A DNA stretch of 64,000 nt from Elsinoe ampelina (taxonomy: Eukaryota), in contig ML992520.1 in the NCBI GenBank assembly GCA_010093995.1, positions 62,001-126,000 of the forward strand, written 5' to 3'. The first letter of the stretch is position 1; each line of letters begins with the position of its first letter. The position numbers and the translations under genes were made by a program. A model generated the notes under the pieces. It saw only the letters and a list, made by a program, of their open reading frames with translations. It did not search any database and was not told the origin of the DNA. Positions 11,606 through 25,464 of the stretch are shown here, piece after piece.

Positions 11606-13051
11606 CCTCAACGATGGGACCAAGTGCTGGTTACTTTCCATTGTCCGCGGATGAGATATGATTATGAGAGATACGAGACTGTCATTCCACGAGCAGTCAT
11701 TGCCTACCAGAACTTGATATTCCATTCGAATGAAGCCCTCTTGTCGCCAAGTGCTAGAAGTTGGAGGTTGTGAGTCAGTCACCACATGGGAAGCAGAGGG
11801 TAGTCGTCTTGACGCTACAAGTCCTACCAGCATTGGCGTTTGAAATAGTACTATATAGCACTGCCTGACACGGTTCTGATCTATGTTTGCCGCTAGCATA
11901 TCGTATATCTGGTAGTACCTTCGACCGTACTACCAGGTTGAGAAGTAGTCCCACTACGCCACTTCAACATGTACTGTATGTATTCTCGAGAAATTCTACC
12001 AGGGCATGCTTCCGAGCTCAGCCTCTTCAGAAACTCTGCGTTGGTACCCAGCTTGTCAGGCGAGCTGGCGGTACTAGTTCTACGTCGGACAGGTCATTAC
12101 AGTATCCTCGGTATCGCTACGGTCCAAACCCGCATCCACTTGCCGACTCGACCTTCTCTGATACAGCAATGACATGTCAGATGAACCTGTCTTCAAGACA
12201 CTGTCAACGACCTTTTCTGAACAACATCGATATCGCTTGTCTTCTCCACACGACCAGCTGACATCTGCGTCAGTCACCGTTGACGCCGTTGACACCACGC
12301 GAACCAGCGAACTCTCACTCACATTGGGCAATTCGTGGAATCGACCGTTGCCAACGTGTCGATAAAGTCTTGAACATCGAGACTGCTAGCTTACAGAACG
12401 AGGGTCATCTTTTCCCATCTACGCTGCAAACGATCTCCTAGTCCTCCCACAGGACTGACACCCGGCCGTTGCAGTAGCAGGTAGTATTGGTTAGCCCTAG
12501 CCATCTTGCCACCGAGTGTTGGTTTCCTTGCATCATAAGTACATCTCTGTACCGCTCAGTTTCTTTCCTTTGCTCGTCGATTCATTCGTTCACATCCGAC
12601 CCTCCTGGAGAGCATCTGTTCCATCCCAGTCACACTTGAAGCCTTTGATTAGTGCCTCAATTCCTTATTCCACCACCAAGCAACTGCACCTCTCCCCCCT
12701 CCTCAATCATTTCTCAAGCACCTACACTGCACAACTCTATTCCCTCGATCGTCGTCTCCACTGTCACTTTCCCCCGAGCACAGTTTTCCACACTCACACC
12801 GTTCACCTCCTTCCCTGACCTTTCCTGATCCACATCACCATCACATATACATTCCCATTCACCACCACCTGCACCTGCACCTACACAAGCACAACCACAA
12901 ACACAAGCACCCACCCCTCATCTCCGCCTCTATCCACTCCCACACCCCTACACCCCATCACCCCCAGCACCCACCCCCTCCGCCCCTTCGCCCCTTCATC
13001 TCCTCCCCTCATCCCTTTTCAAGCACACAAGCATCCGGAAGAAAGAGAAGA

Positions 13052-13249
13052 ATGAAGGCCAACATCCTCCTCACCGCCGCCCTCTCGGGCCTCGCCCTCG
13101 CCGCCCCCGCCCCAGCACCCAAGCCTGTCCACCTCGTCCCCCGCGGCTGGGCAGACGTCGCTCCTGGTCAAGGTCTCCGCCACCAGGTCCAGTTGCCGCC
13201 TGCCATCAACAATGTTTTGGCCAGTTGGGGGGTTACGCATGCGAAGTAG
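13052..13249 (+). CDS. Small secreted prepro-peptide (65 aa), candidate effector or antimicrobial peptide
   Basis: Clear signal peptide MKANILLTAALSGLALA, APAPAP pro-region ending LVPR, strong C-ending codon bias and good start context (AGAATG). Confidence 0.7.
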   Translation: MKANILLTAALSGLALAAPAPAPKPVHLVPRGWADVAPGQGLRHQVQLPPAINNVLASWGVTHAK

Positions 13250-13675
13250 ATCCTGCTCTCAAGTTGGGGATGAAGAATGGACGATGATGGAAAGATGAGA
13301 GGGAGACGCGGAGGAATGATGGATGAGGGAGGACGTATCGATTGTGGAAGTTGGACGAGAGGGTGGTTCATTGGCGGAATGGGAGGAAGGTCAGATCGGA
13401 CAGATATGGGAATGAAAGTCTTGGAAAGCTGGCTTGTGTCGTGTGACCATGAAATGCTGCAGTCGTGTCTCTGCCTCTCGCCACCAATTCCTAGCTCTTT
13501 CGCCAAATCCCCAACCACCAAGACGCAAGATGGGTAGGCATGTGCGAGGGTTACCTTGTGGCGACACAATGTGTGGCAGTCTAATCACGGAGGCCAAGTG
13601 GATGTGGTGAAAAGATTCAGATTACCAATGTCTATCCCTCTATCCCTTCCATTATCCATGCCCTCCCACTCATGC

Positions 13676-14892
13676 TTACGCCAAAGCTTCATACTCCAAA
13701 CTTGCGTAGATGAACGGTCCCACGCCCTTGAGATCATTAATCTGCGTCGCCACTCCAGTGTAGTACTACCCCTGTCAGCATCGTCTTCAGCGTCCCATCC
13801 GTCGACTGTACTCACCTCGAAACTAGCATTACTATTCAAACTCCCCACCACCACCGTCCCCGTCCAATCCACCAACCCATCCGTCTCATTCCTCTTGACA
13901 AAAGTATTGCCCAGGTACTCATACCCCCTCTTCATCGGCGCCACATACTCATCCCCGATATACCCCAACCTCACCCCCTTGAGCAACGCATAAACAAACA
14001 TCGCACTCCCACTGCTCTCGATATAATTCCCCGCCCGCCCAGGATACGGCTCGTTCATGACCAACCACCAGCCCCCCGTCCCCTCATCCTGAGCCCTCAA
14101 CACCCCTTCCGCCGCACTCCTGAAAAACCCAACCAACACCTCATACCCCTTGTGGCTCCTCGGGAAAAAATCCAACACATCCACCAACGCCATGAGGTAC
14201 CACCCCAACGCACGATCCCACACGTTCGGCGCCGCCCCCGTCACCGCATCCGCCCACACCGCCTTCTTCCCCTCGTCGTACCCGTGCACGAGCAGGTTCG
14301 TCGTCGTGTTCCTCGTCCGCCCGTCGATCAGCTCGTACTGCAGCAGGATGTCGTCCCACGCGGTGACGTTGGCGGGCTGGTACGCGGCCGTGTACTGCGC
14401 GTAGAAGACGTCGGCCATGAAGATGCCGTCGAGCCACATTTGGTTGGGGTAGGTGGGGGAGCGGTGGAAGAAGCCGCCCAGTGGGGTGCGGAAGCCCGGG
14501 AGGTTGAGTTGGGCGCGGAGCGTGTCGGCCGCGACGCGGTAGCGCGTGTCGGTTGGGTGGCGGGCGGCGAGGTCGAGGAGGATGGTGCCGATGCGGACGT
14601 CGTCGAGGGAGAAGGGGTAGGCGGGGTAGCCGAGCAGGGTGCCGTTGGGGGTCACGCTGCGGTCGAGTTGGGTTTTGAGCCAGGTGGTGTAGGTTGTGTT
14701 GCCCGTGGCGGCGGCGACGAGTTCGACGGCGCGGTGGAAGACGGCGTTTTCGTAGCGGTTGTTGGCCGGGATGCCGCGTTGGAGGAAGGCGTCGGTGAAG
14801 ATGGTCGAGTATTGGGGGAGGGGGGAGGCCTGGCGCTCGATGGCGGCTGAGAGTGCCGTGGTGGCGAGGGTCACGAGGGGGATGACACGCAT
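13676..14892 (-). CDS. Secreted GH105 unsaturated rhamnogalacturonyl hydrolase
   Basis: Signal peptide; SLDDVRIG, GGFFHR..YPNQMWLDGIFM, LLVHGYDE, WDRALGWY and NYIESSGSAMF. Intron 13815-13766 gives FEYYTGV..NDLKGVGPFI. Confidence 0.95.
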
Positions 14893-15872
14893 GGTGGGTA
14901 GTGGAGGGAGGAATGAAGCTTGAAAGAGGCAGAGGGCATGTCATGCTTACCTCGAAGTATTTATTTTCTATACAGACCATTTGCTCTAAGCTACACGAGG
15001 GACTCATGCTAGCGTCGTAGCCAAGACGTTTGTGCACGCTTGATTGCCAATGATCACCAGGGGATCCCGCCATTCCCGCTGTCAAACGCCGCTGAAGAGG
15101 GTGGCTTTGTGGATAGGGACAGCAAAGAGGACTGGTTTGATTGCTGGAGAATTTCCAAGGACGTAGATCGGTTAGATGAGAGGGGGCCAGTTAGGGAAGT
15201 CTTGGAAGCGAATCACGGCCGAGAGGGTGAGACTGCCAAGGCCGGGGAGGAGGATGAGCTCGCTTACACGATGGGGGACGAGCTTGTATATGAATGAGCT
15301 GTGCCGCAGGAGGAGAGGACAGGGCCTGAGGTAGGAAGGTGTGACTGTTGACATGGTTTGGCGGTGGGAAATGGACATGCCATAGATGGTGACTATCTGG
15401 CATCATTGGCGAAGATGACAAGAGCAAGGATGAGGACATTAGGAATGATCTGGCAATACCTACTCCATTGACTTGCTGAGATGACCAAGGGAATCGTGGT
15501 CGGTGGTGGATGTGGTCAGGTAGAGTGGTCGTCAGAAGTCAGTGAGACGTTGAAGCCTTGCCCTATCCTGATCTCCGCAGCGGGTCTGCATCTCCTAGTA
15601 CTGTATCGCATACCATGAGAACCATGACAGCCATCTTGGACTTGAGTATGGCACCATCACGGCGGAGACCCACGGATACCACTTTCGGCTCACCAAGGAC
15701 ATCCCGGCCGTCTCGCGGTAAGCGTGCAACGATCCGGACCCATCCGGCATGATACAGTGAGTGAGAGGGAAGACGTGTCTCATTGATTATAAGAAAGACC
15801 AAACGCCCAAGTGGGTATCTCCAGAAGCTACCATCTATCCATGACCGTGGTAAACATCCAAGCATGTAATCA

Positions 15873-17259
15873 TCACCTCTTCCTCTTTCCTCCTCTGCTC
15901 TCCCAGACATTCTGCAGCGCGATTACTGCCCTCTGCTCCTTCTTCTCCAAAGGTGAATTGAACATGTTCCAAAGCACTCTTGTAGAATCTGTACCTCGTC
16001 AGCCACAAGCACCCGACATCAATCGGTCAACTTACTAGCATGCCCCTCCGCAAACCCCACCTCCCCACCCCTCGCCCTCGCCTCATCCACCACCGCCTCC
16101 AACAACCCCTCCCCAATCCCCTTCCCTCTATACCTCAACCTCACCGTCCAAGCCACAATCTCGGCCCTCCTCCTCCTCCTCTTCCCACTGCTCCCCCGCC
16201 TCGCATGACCCTTCTCCCTCTCCCCTTCCCCATCCGCGCTCCCCCTCCTCTTCAACCCCTCCCTCCCATTATCAGAAGCACTACTCCCTCTCCTCCTGCC
16301 CGCCCCTCCTCCATCCTCCCACCCAACAACCACAGCCCCAATAATCTCCTCCCCGTATCTACTAACCCACACATCCCTCCCCTCGATCCACCCCTCACCT
16401 ACCCGCTCCGCAGCATCGATATACCCCCCACAAGCCCACCTCACGCTCACCAACGCCGCCATGGCCACCCCTGCGAGCGTAGTGGCTACGATCCCAACGT
16501 CCGACGAAGAGCGGTACTGCCACTTCACCACCAGTCCACACAGAGCGACGAAGACGGCCGCGCAGAGGGGGTGGAAAATCAGGCTCCTCGCTGCGATGGA
16601 GCGTTGTTGCGCGACCGAGTCGGCCACGAGGCGGAGAGCGGAGAGGCGTTCGTCGGGGGAAGTGGTGAGGTAGGTGGTGAGTTGAGGGGGGGATTCGGGG
16701 TCGGTGTCGGGGCGGTGGGAGGGGTCGTCTGCCGTGCGGGGTTGGGGGGGAGGGGGAATGGCGTCGAGGTCCATTTGTGCGAGGGAGGTGGTGGATGTTG
16801 TTCTGTAGGCGGGTGGGGGGAGGGTCGAGGAGATGATGAGTGGTGCCGGGTGTTGTGGGGTTAGGGCTGGGGAGTGCGCTGGGGAGGGACAGTCGGCGAG
16901 GGAAAGGTTGGTGCGGAGGGAGGAGAGGAAGGCTGCGAGGATATGGTCAGTATATCTTGTTTTTTGGGAGAGGGTTGAGAGTGAGGTCGTGGTCGAGTTG
17001 AGAGAGCACGTGGGCTGGGTGTGCGGCACTCACTTTTGCTAGCTTTCAGCCCGGGGAGCTTTTCTGTCAGTGCTCCGTCGGTTGCGTTCCACGGTGATAG
17101 AAAGCCATTGCTCGTGTCCTGAAAGTAATTGGGCGATAGTCTGCTGAATGATGTCGCTGATGCAGGTGTGGTAGTAGTCGTCTGCACCTTTCCCTGTCGT
17201 GCGGTGATTTGCTCTATAATAAGCCTGTGCCGCACGTCGGGGGGCAGCTGGCGGGGCAT
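15873..17259 (-). CDS. Membrane-associated fungal GNAT-family acetyltransferase
   Basis: ALRLVADSVAQQR, two hydrophobic segments, YGEEIIGAVV and AWTVRLRYRGKGIGEGLLE (acetyl-CoA motif). Introns near 17032-16933 and 16035-15986 (..HANSTRVL). An alternative start is ATG 16774. Confidence 0.85.
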
Positions 17260-18748
17260 TTTTCGTCTTGTCCGGCTAGACCAGATCAAGGTTGGAGTTG
17301 ACTCGGGATTGAGAGCCGAGCTTCGAATCGAAATCCAATCAACCCATGGGTCGTCGATGGTAATGTGAGAAGAAAAACGATGCGGACACAAAAGCAGTTA
17401 CCGACTGATAACCCAACGTGCGGCGCGGTGGGTATTTCACAAGTAGGAAGAGTAGGGGTGGTCGCAGGGTGATAACGTGCTCGAGTTTCGATAGACTCCA
17501 GCCGCGTTCGACGTCTTTTTGGTCTCAGGTCTCAGGTGGATGAAGCCACTCGTGCCACTCGCTGCCACTCGGACGCCCTAGCCGCGCGTTGGAACAAAGA
17601 TAGGAAAGGGAGACGAGAGGGAAAAGGGAGCAGGGGGTGTGTTTTCAAACAGTCTTACGTCCTACCTTGTCCATGACATGACATGGACCCGACAAGACCC
17701 CCGTGTGTGGCCGGGACCGTTTAACAAAATAGATCACAAGAACTGATGTCGAATGATCTTCACATGCTGGGGATCGCTACCAGACAAGATCCGGGCATCC
17801 GTTATCGTGAAGCGCTGGCGTGGCAATGGACAGTTGGATCGCCGGCCAATGATGTGTTTCAACCACGACAATGGACGGGGAGAAGGCTGAGAGGCGTGGC
17901 GGAGAGCTTCTCAAGCTCTGTTCGTGGGTGTTCCCAAGGCGCGCCCGGTAGGGCTCCTCTGGTCTTGCCCCGGTGCGGCGTGGAGGGGTAGACTTGTTGG
18001 ACTGTGGGCATGAGGTCATGGATCTCCGAGAGCTATAGTTGGCCGAGATAAAGCTGGTCGAAAGCAAAGATAAAGCTCTCCTCACACTGCATGATACCGC
18101 TTGTGCTACAGACTCGTCGTCGCTGATAGGAGCGATGCTTGCGCGACACGTCTTACACCCTCCAAAGTGTGCCATGTCGCCTCTGCATCCCAATAAAGAG
18201 CACATGCGATGATCTGCGTGGTTCGGACGGGGTACGTAGCTACTTGAGACGTTTGGCGTCCTTTCTGAAACACATGGTCAATGTATCTGCCACGCGGCGC
18301 TGGTAGAGAGTCGAAAAGACTGTCTGTATTCTCATTACTGGATTTATTACTCTCCGCACAATCTGCGTGCGATGGTCAAAGAAGTTGCTACGCTGGCAGC
18401 ATCTGTACAAATCAGTACCATCCGTCCCGTTACACCTGCGCCTCTGCATGAATTATCACTTGCTACTCCTGCTGTCGTATCTCCTCGTCTAACTGAGTAT
18501 GGCGTGACGACGATCACCGCGACGTATCAGCTGGGTGGGCACACGCTTCTGTCATCGCTCTCATCCGACCTCTGCTGTCTTCTCCGAAATATCTGACGGC
18601 TCGGTCTCAATCTCGGCGGCACATCACGCAATGATGGACCTGGTGCTGTAGTTTGCTGTGGCTCCGACTTGTCACTCTGTCGGTGCTCTGGGTTCCTTGC
18701 TTGAGATGCAGAACCTCCAATTGTGTCCTTTGATCCGTCTAGGTTGGT

Positions 18749-21038
18749 CTACTTCTTAGACGTGACCAGACTTTGTCCGCTCCCTTCAAGGTGATGTCGG
18801 TGGTTCGGAGCATGATAGCAGACACCGCCCTCTTCTTGCCGACATACCAATGCATTGGCCACCCAATTATCCTCTAGAATCTCCTCCAGCGTTGCTCGCT
18901 TCTTAGGATCGAGCTCCAGCATACGTCCAATGATGTGTCTGGTATCTCGCGGGAGCAGTCTGAGCAGACGGATAGGGCCCTTGATAGTTGGCTGCTCACC
19001 GCCAGTCGGATGCGGTTTCTCTTCTTTCTTCTCGTGGTGGTGATGATGGTGGTGGTGGGTATCGCTCGAGCCCTCGGTTGTGGTCCTCGACGAGGGTTGC
19101 GAAGACTTTCTTGAAGGATTGAGCAGCTCGTCCTGGCCAGGATCCGGCGGTGACACGAACAGTCGGTACGAGTTATCTGTCATTCGCGGGGCCTTCCAAG
19201 GAAATCTGCGCAAGCACATGCAACAAAAAATGATGGCTATCGACCAGATATCGGCCATCTGCGGATCGTATCGGGTATTGTCGTACACTTCCGGGGCGAG
19301 ATACGGGTCGGAACCAACCACACCTATTCATGTCAGCTGCAAGCCTCTCGAGGAGACGGGCATTCATACCTGTAGAAAGAACAATGTCGTTCTCGAACGG
19401 ATATCTGAAAACAGTCGCACTTCCAAAGTCGATGATCTTCATGATCCCATGCTCATTGATGACGACGTTGTCCAGCTTGAGATCACGATGTGCCAGCCCC
19501 ATACTGTGCAGATACATGACTCCGCTCAAGATCTGTAGTGTAGCACACGTTACCTCGTCCCTACCCATCTTGCCGGTCATAACTGTCGCAAATAGATCGT
19601 ACGGACAGTATTCCATGACTTCGTACCAAACTCCCTTCTCGTGCACGATATCGATTGTCTCGATGATGTTGCCGTGGTGCAGTGTTGACCCGATACAGAA
19701 CTCGGACGTCACCTTCTTGTTGTACTCCTTTTCACTCTCATACGGGTGTCGATTCCGGAACTGCTTGACCGCAAATGTCTTGCCGTCAGCTGTTCGCTTC
19801 ATCAGTCGTACAGATCCACCTGCTCCAGATCCTAGCATCTTGCCGAATTTGCCATATTTTGACTCGAGACCGTGATCGTCGGCAAAGGGTATAGTGCCGT
19901 TCGGTGGCGTCTTGGTACCATTCTCAGACTTGTCCTTGTCCTTGTCCTTTTTGTGTCCAAATTTGAAGAAGCGCTTCAGATTCGAGCTAGAAGCCTTTTC
20001 CTTGTGATGCTCTTCCGACTTTTCCGACTTTGCTGTACCAAAAAAACTCATTCGTTTGTCCTCGGGCTTGAGCTGGTTGATGGAAGATCCACTACTTGAT
20101 TGGGGGTTATTGATCAGAGAGCCAGTCCCTGGTCCGCTCAAGCTTGCTGAGCTGAATGTTGGCTGACCAAGTGTGACATTTGTACTCGAAGTGCTGTAAC
20201 CATGGCGAGGGTCTCTGTTGCCAAATCTGAACATTGCTTCCCTTGACTCCCTGGTGGTGGTTGGTGAAACCCGCTTCGAGTCATCTGGAGACTTCTCGGA
20301 GGGTATGGAGCTCGCGTCTCTGTGCGATTTCTCCACAGATGGCGTTTGCGTCCCGGGAGTTGGAGCTGGACTTGGATCTTCCGATGGTGGCCCTGATTCT
20401 GCCGAAGGACCAATTGAGAATCGAGGGGCCGGTCGAGGTTGCGAGCCGACAACCCCGCCGGGGCCTGAGACGGATGAAGGTCGTGATCTAGACGACTTTG
20501 CATCTGGCGAGCTCGATCGCTGCGGTGTGACTGTGTCTGCTTGTGCCCGTGCTCTTTGGGTCAGAGAAATAGAAGGAATGCTGGTAGGAGGCCTGCCATC
20601 TCGACTGGTACTAGCAGGAGTGAGAGGAGGTGAGTGCACGGCGGAATGTGGTGGAGATGGTCGCGGAGTGCCTGCCAGCGAGCCTGCCGGTAATACTTTA
20701 GAGGCAAGTCTTGATCCTGAGGGTACCTGTTATGGTCAGCTTGGTAGAGCTAATGAGTTGAGCTCTCGTACTCTTGATACTGGTTGTGAGTTTGGCAACG
20801 AGACAGGCTCGAAGGAGAAGGCTTCTAATCTTTGCGACTGGACCGCTTTCTGAAGATTGGCCTTGAGCTGCTTAATCTCTTCCTCGGCTTCCGGATTGAG
20901 CTCTCTATCCTCCTTGCCGCGCTCTCCTGTCAATGTCGCGACTGGACTCAGGCTGACTTCGGGGGATATTTCTTCATTCTTGGATGCGAAACGCACGCCC
21001 TGCTGGCCCTCCTGGTCCTTGACCTCCTGTTCTGCCAT
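18749..21038 (-). CDS. HRK1: HAL/NPR-family Ser/Thr kinase, HRK1/Oca2-like
   Basis: [53 protein letters not shown] and [10 protein letters not shown]. Two short introns (~20770-20728 and ~19369-19325). Confidence 0.9.
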
Positions 21039-22396
21039 GGCTTAGAGCTTGCGCCTTTCTTATTGATATCGGTCTTGGGTGTGCCTAGTGGCACACAGAG
21101 GGAAACAGAATATGCGGACGAGGGTAGAAATGTGTCAATATCGTTCAAGGACAATTGTGTCTGAACCGTGTCGGTCAGGGTTGACGCGTTTCAGCGTACC
21201 CTGGTAGAAGTCGGCACTGGTCCGAGGCAGATGGCCGCTGGAGTGACAGCGATGCAGCCGTTGGAGAGATTGTCAATTGCAGTGACGTCGAGCGATGGTG
21301 GGAGAGCGGGCGGCAGATTATTCGTGGGGGTAATGGTCGTAAAGATGTTGATGGATAGAGGTAGGTGTGTCGGGAGGAGGTCAGATTAGACAAAGTCCCT
21401 TGGTTTCTGATCTCTGCCCCACCAAAGACCAAAGCCGTGGGTTACTCGATGCGCAAAAAAAAGGAAATTTTACAAGAGACAAGACCTGATCATTCAACAA
21501 CGTCTTCGCTGACGGCTCTGTTGCTTGCCGTCGTTCCTCGGATATGACCGAGGTAGTCTGCTACCTTTATTCCCTGAACCATCCGAGAAACATCAAGGGT
21601 CGGCCTGTGTGTTGCACACTTGAACGACCTGCAATTCGACAGAGGGATCAGGTCACCCTTCGGCCTTTGATGGAGGGGTTCTGCACTCCCTCTTGCGCCA
21701 TGCCAAGGCCAGGTTTTTCTGGAAATCTTCCATTCCGTATAGCCGGGAATGCACGTGTCAATCTGCTCGGTCGACCACTGCTACTCCGTATCTGATGGGG
21801 TGTTGGGACCATTACCAAGTCAATACATTGGGACGTGGTAAATTTTACCTTTTGTATCATTATGAATTCTGGGTGCGAATAGTTGAGCAGGAGTCTTCAA
21901 GCAGGCACTCATCTTGAGCATATGAGCATGGCATGATCATCCCACGCCGGGTTGAGCCGCAAGGTTGGACTCTGATGCTTCAACAGACCGGACACGACTA
22001 TGCTCATCCCAACGAGTACACACGTAGTGGTCACTGACAACGCAAAGTCCTGATGCGCATACCTTAATTTCTCACCAGTCACCAATGTTCTGGTCGTGTG
22101 GTCTACTATTTCGCCAGCAACTTTGAGGTAAAGCATCGGCGTATCTGCGGGTTGCGGTGAAGAAGATCAGGGTCGCATTACATCACGCCCCAAAGCGGTA
22201 AGAACTAAATAATGCTGCGCTGCCTAGGCACGTAAATTCAACTTCACTCCTTATTCTTCTGCATACACCTGCTTAATTTTGTGCTTACCGCTCTGTCACC
22301 TCACGAGATCCAATTGGCGACTACAAGCACTCCTGTAAATAGCACCTGCCACATCACCATTCCCGACGACCACTGAGCCCGCACGATCCCGCCAAG

Positions 22397-23636
22397 ATGT
22401 TCAACTGGGCGAAGCAACAGTAAGCAATCACCGTCCTAGCACTAACGAGTCTTGTCGGACTGACCTTTCCGCAGACTTGCCAACGTCGCCGGCACAGAAG
22501 AGCCCATCTATGGCCCTTCTGCCATTCAGACGGTCACCGAACAAGCAAAAACCACCCCCTTCACAGAGCTCAAGAGAGAGGATCTCAAGTGGATAGTCAA
22601 GGATAGCACATGCGTCGAGACACAGAGTTTTTACTTCACAGCCGATGGTGGTCATATTGGTCTGGCACAGATCATCTACAGCAACGTCGGAGGCATTCGC
22701 AAGACGGCCCAATTCAGTTCAAAGATTATCTACCCAGGACAATCAAAGCCCAACCTGTGGGCGTCGGATCAGCTCGAGAATTACAGCTTCACCGACGGTG
22801 GGTTCAGCTTCAAAGCCGATGGATGCTCTGTGACGTTATCGGAGGATGGCAGTACATACCACATCAAGAGCACACGGAACAAGTCGAGCGCAGTGGATAT
22901 CAAGGTATCACAAATTTCGCCAGGATTCGTGGTAGGCAAGAACGGGAACAGCTACTACGGTACCGATCCAGCAAAGCCATGGGGAAACATGATGCACGCT
23001 TTCTGGCCGAGGTGCAAGGCTGAAGGCAGCATACTGACTCAAGAAGGCCCTGTCGACTTTGGCGGTCGGGCTCTCTTCATTCACGCCATTCAAGGCATGA
23101 AGCCCCATCACGCAGCCGCTCGATGGAACTTTGTCAACTTCCAATCTCCGACCTACTCAGCTGTCATGATGGACTTCACCACCCCACCTTCTTATGGAGC
23201 CACTGTTGTGACTGTCGGAGGCGTTGCGGTGGATGGCAAGATCGTGTTTGCAGGAGCAAACAATGTTGCGACGCACACCCAGACAAAGGCTGATGAACAA
23301 ACTGGTTGGCTCGAGCCGACAGCGTTCAAATTCGAATGGGCACCAGGTTCGGACAATAGCGCACTTCTCGAGGACTCATATGGCACCCGTCTGGACAAGA
23401 TTGATGTCATGGCTGAAGTGCCTGCATTTGTCAAGGCTATCGTCGCAAGTGCGGCTGGTACTAAGCCATACATTTATCAGGTACGGATCTTGCATAACAT
23501 CATCGAATCGATTAGAATGGCTGATAATGCGCAGTATGCTCCGCAAGTCGAACTGACCTTGAAGATCAACGGTGAGAAGAAGAAGGAGAAAGGAACTCTC
23601 TTCACCGAAGCCACATTCATTTCTGCAATCCAATGA
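22397..23636 (+). CDS. SVF1: Survival factor 1
   Basis: MFNWAKQQ|LANVAGTEEPIYGP, HAFWPRC, HAIQGMKPHHAAARWNF, AGTKPYIYQ and EATFIS. Introns ~22420-22474 and 23481-23534. Confidence 0.95.
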
Positions 23637-24388
23637 TCTTGACTGTGCGACGGACGATCTCGGAGAGATGGACCGGCGTGGGGATTGCCAGGAGCATTGG
23701 AGAAGAGGCGTTGTTGACTGTAGATAATCACCTGAATAATGTCCTACCACACCTCCACCATCAAAAACACCTCAGTTCTCGAAATGCCTTCCTTGATCAA
23801 TCATTCGTAGCGGGATCAGCGTGTAAAATGTACACTATTTTCTCGAACCATTCTCGTACACTTTAAAGTAAATTGCAAGCGCTCATCGCGAAAGTTTCGC
23901 CATCAATGTGAAAGACGACCCAATTGCATTGTGCTTCCCAAACTCAAACACAAGCACTCCCCGCCCCCAGCCCTCAATCGTCCCTCCGCTCCGCGACCAC
24001 CTTCATCACCTTCCATCACCTCCAAACGCCACCGCTCCATCATCAACGACGCGTCCCGTCACATTGACCAGGACCAGCGCTCGATTGTCCCGCCGACTCC
24101 CCGGCCTCGACAGCCCCAAGCCTGAGAACTCTCGCACCACCAAATCTACCAATCCCCCAGCATCAGCACCTATGCCCGCAGCTCCCGATCCTCTTCACGA
24201 CTATTACAACCGACACCAACCTCGTCCTTCTCTCTTGACGGCCGACATCCCTCTCTGGCTTGTCTGACTTTCACCCGTCCACTGTCCCAACCCACATCAC
24301 CAACCACCCGGTCTGCGGACTTCGGGATTGAATTGGGCTTAAACCGCGCTTTGACTCTGTCTGTTCCTTGTTGTCGTTGTATCGCAAC

Positions 24389-25285
24389 ATGCCAGCCACC
24401 CCCCGCCAACGCAACTGCGAGCCCTGCCGCCGGTCCAAGCGGAGATGTGACCTGCAACGACCGGCGTGCGGGCGGTGCAAGGAGCGGAGGCTGGATTGTA
24501 CTTATTTCGGGCCTGGATCGGGGTCCGGGGCCGGGTCTGGGTCTGGATCTGGGGTAGGGGAGCTTTATGGGTCTGCTCCCGGGGGAGGGGAGGGGTACGG
24601 TCGAAGGGCGATGGGAGGTGATGGGGCGGGCGAGCATGATGGTTATGCGGGTGAGGAAGTGTCGATTTATCTGCGGTTGCAGAGGGGGGGAGTCGTGGAA
24701 CGGATGCATGGGGGCCGAGAAGGGGAGGGGTATTTGAATGGGTCTGGTCCTCTGCAGGGGGAGGGGGATGGAGAGTATGGAGGAGGGTATGGACGGCATG
24801 ATTTATTGGATGCGAGGTATCGGGCTGGTACGAATGGGTATAGTCAGCAGGCGTATGACGAGGAGCGGTATGGTGAGGAGTACCATCCACAGGATGAGTG
24901 GGAGGAGCAGTCACCTCCGCAATTGGTGCTGGATCCCAGTCTGGAGGCGGCGGATGGTATGGTCGGTAAGGCGCAAAATGAGGTCGGTGCAGGCCATAAG
25001 GATCACAGGTCTACGGGACCGACGTTCGCGCTTGATCCTGCGCTCGAGATGCTGGACGGGGCGACGAACTCACGTCAAGAAGATCATCAGGGTATAGTCG
25101 GCAGGGTCGAGGAAGAGGAGCCGCCGGGTCGTTCCCATCACAATGGGCATGGCACGACGCTCAAGCAATCTCAATCTCAAGACCCACACAACGGGGAGGC
25201 AAATGGAGGGCTGTCGGAAGAAGGCGATAGGCGTCATGCCAGATCCGCGTCGTTGAATAGCGACACGATCAGAGTGGCGCCGTAA
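24389..25285 (+). CDS. Zn(II)2Cys6 domain protein with disordered Gly-rich tail
   Basis: NCEPCRRSKRRCDLQRPACGRCKERRLDCTY directly after ATG 24389. Confidence 0.88.
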   Translation: MPATPRQRNCEPCRRSKRRCDLQRPACGRCKERRLDCTYFGPGSGSGAGSGSGSGVGELYGSAPGGGEGYGRRAMGGDGAGEHDGYAGEEVSIYLRLQRGGVVERMHGGREGEGYLNGSGPLQGEGDGEYGGGYGRHDLLDARYRAGTNGYSQQAYDEERYGEEYHPQDEWEEQSPPQLVLDPSLEAADGMVGKAQNEVGAGHKDHRSTGPTFALDPALEMLDGATNSRQEDHQGIVGRVEEEEPPGRSHHNGHGTTLKQSQSQDPHNGEANGGLSEEGDRRHARSASLNSDTIRVAP

Positions 25286-25464
25286 CGCTGGCTGATCGGT
25301 GGTAGGGTTTATGGAGTGAACAAACATATTCATATAGTGGCACCTGAAGAGATGTATTTTAGTCAACACAATGACAACATCTTTCTATCGAATCCCGAAT
25401 GCACTTACGTGGCGTTTGTCATATACCTATCGTGAAGTCCTGCAGCCTTGGAATAATCATGTCT

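Noticed and set aside
17521..17571. Short tandem repeats GGTCTCA x2 and GCCACTCG x3
   Set aside because: Consistent with slippage; no spacers and no assignable binding site.
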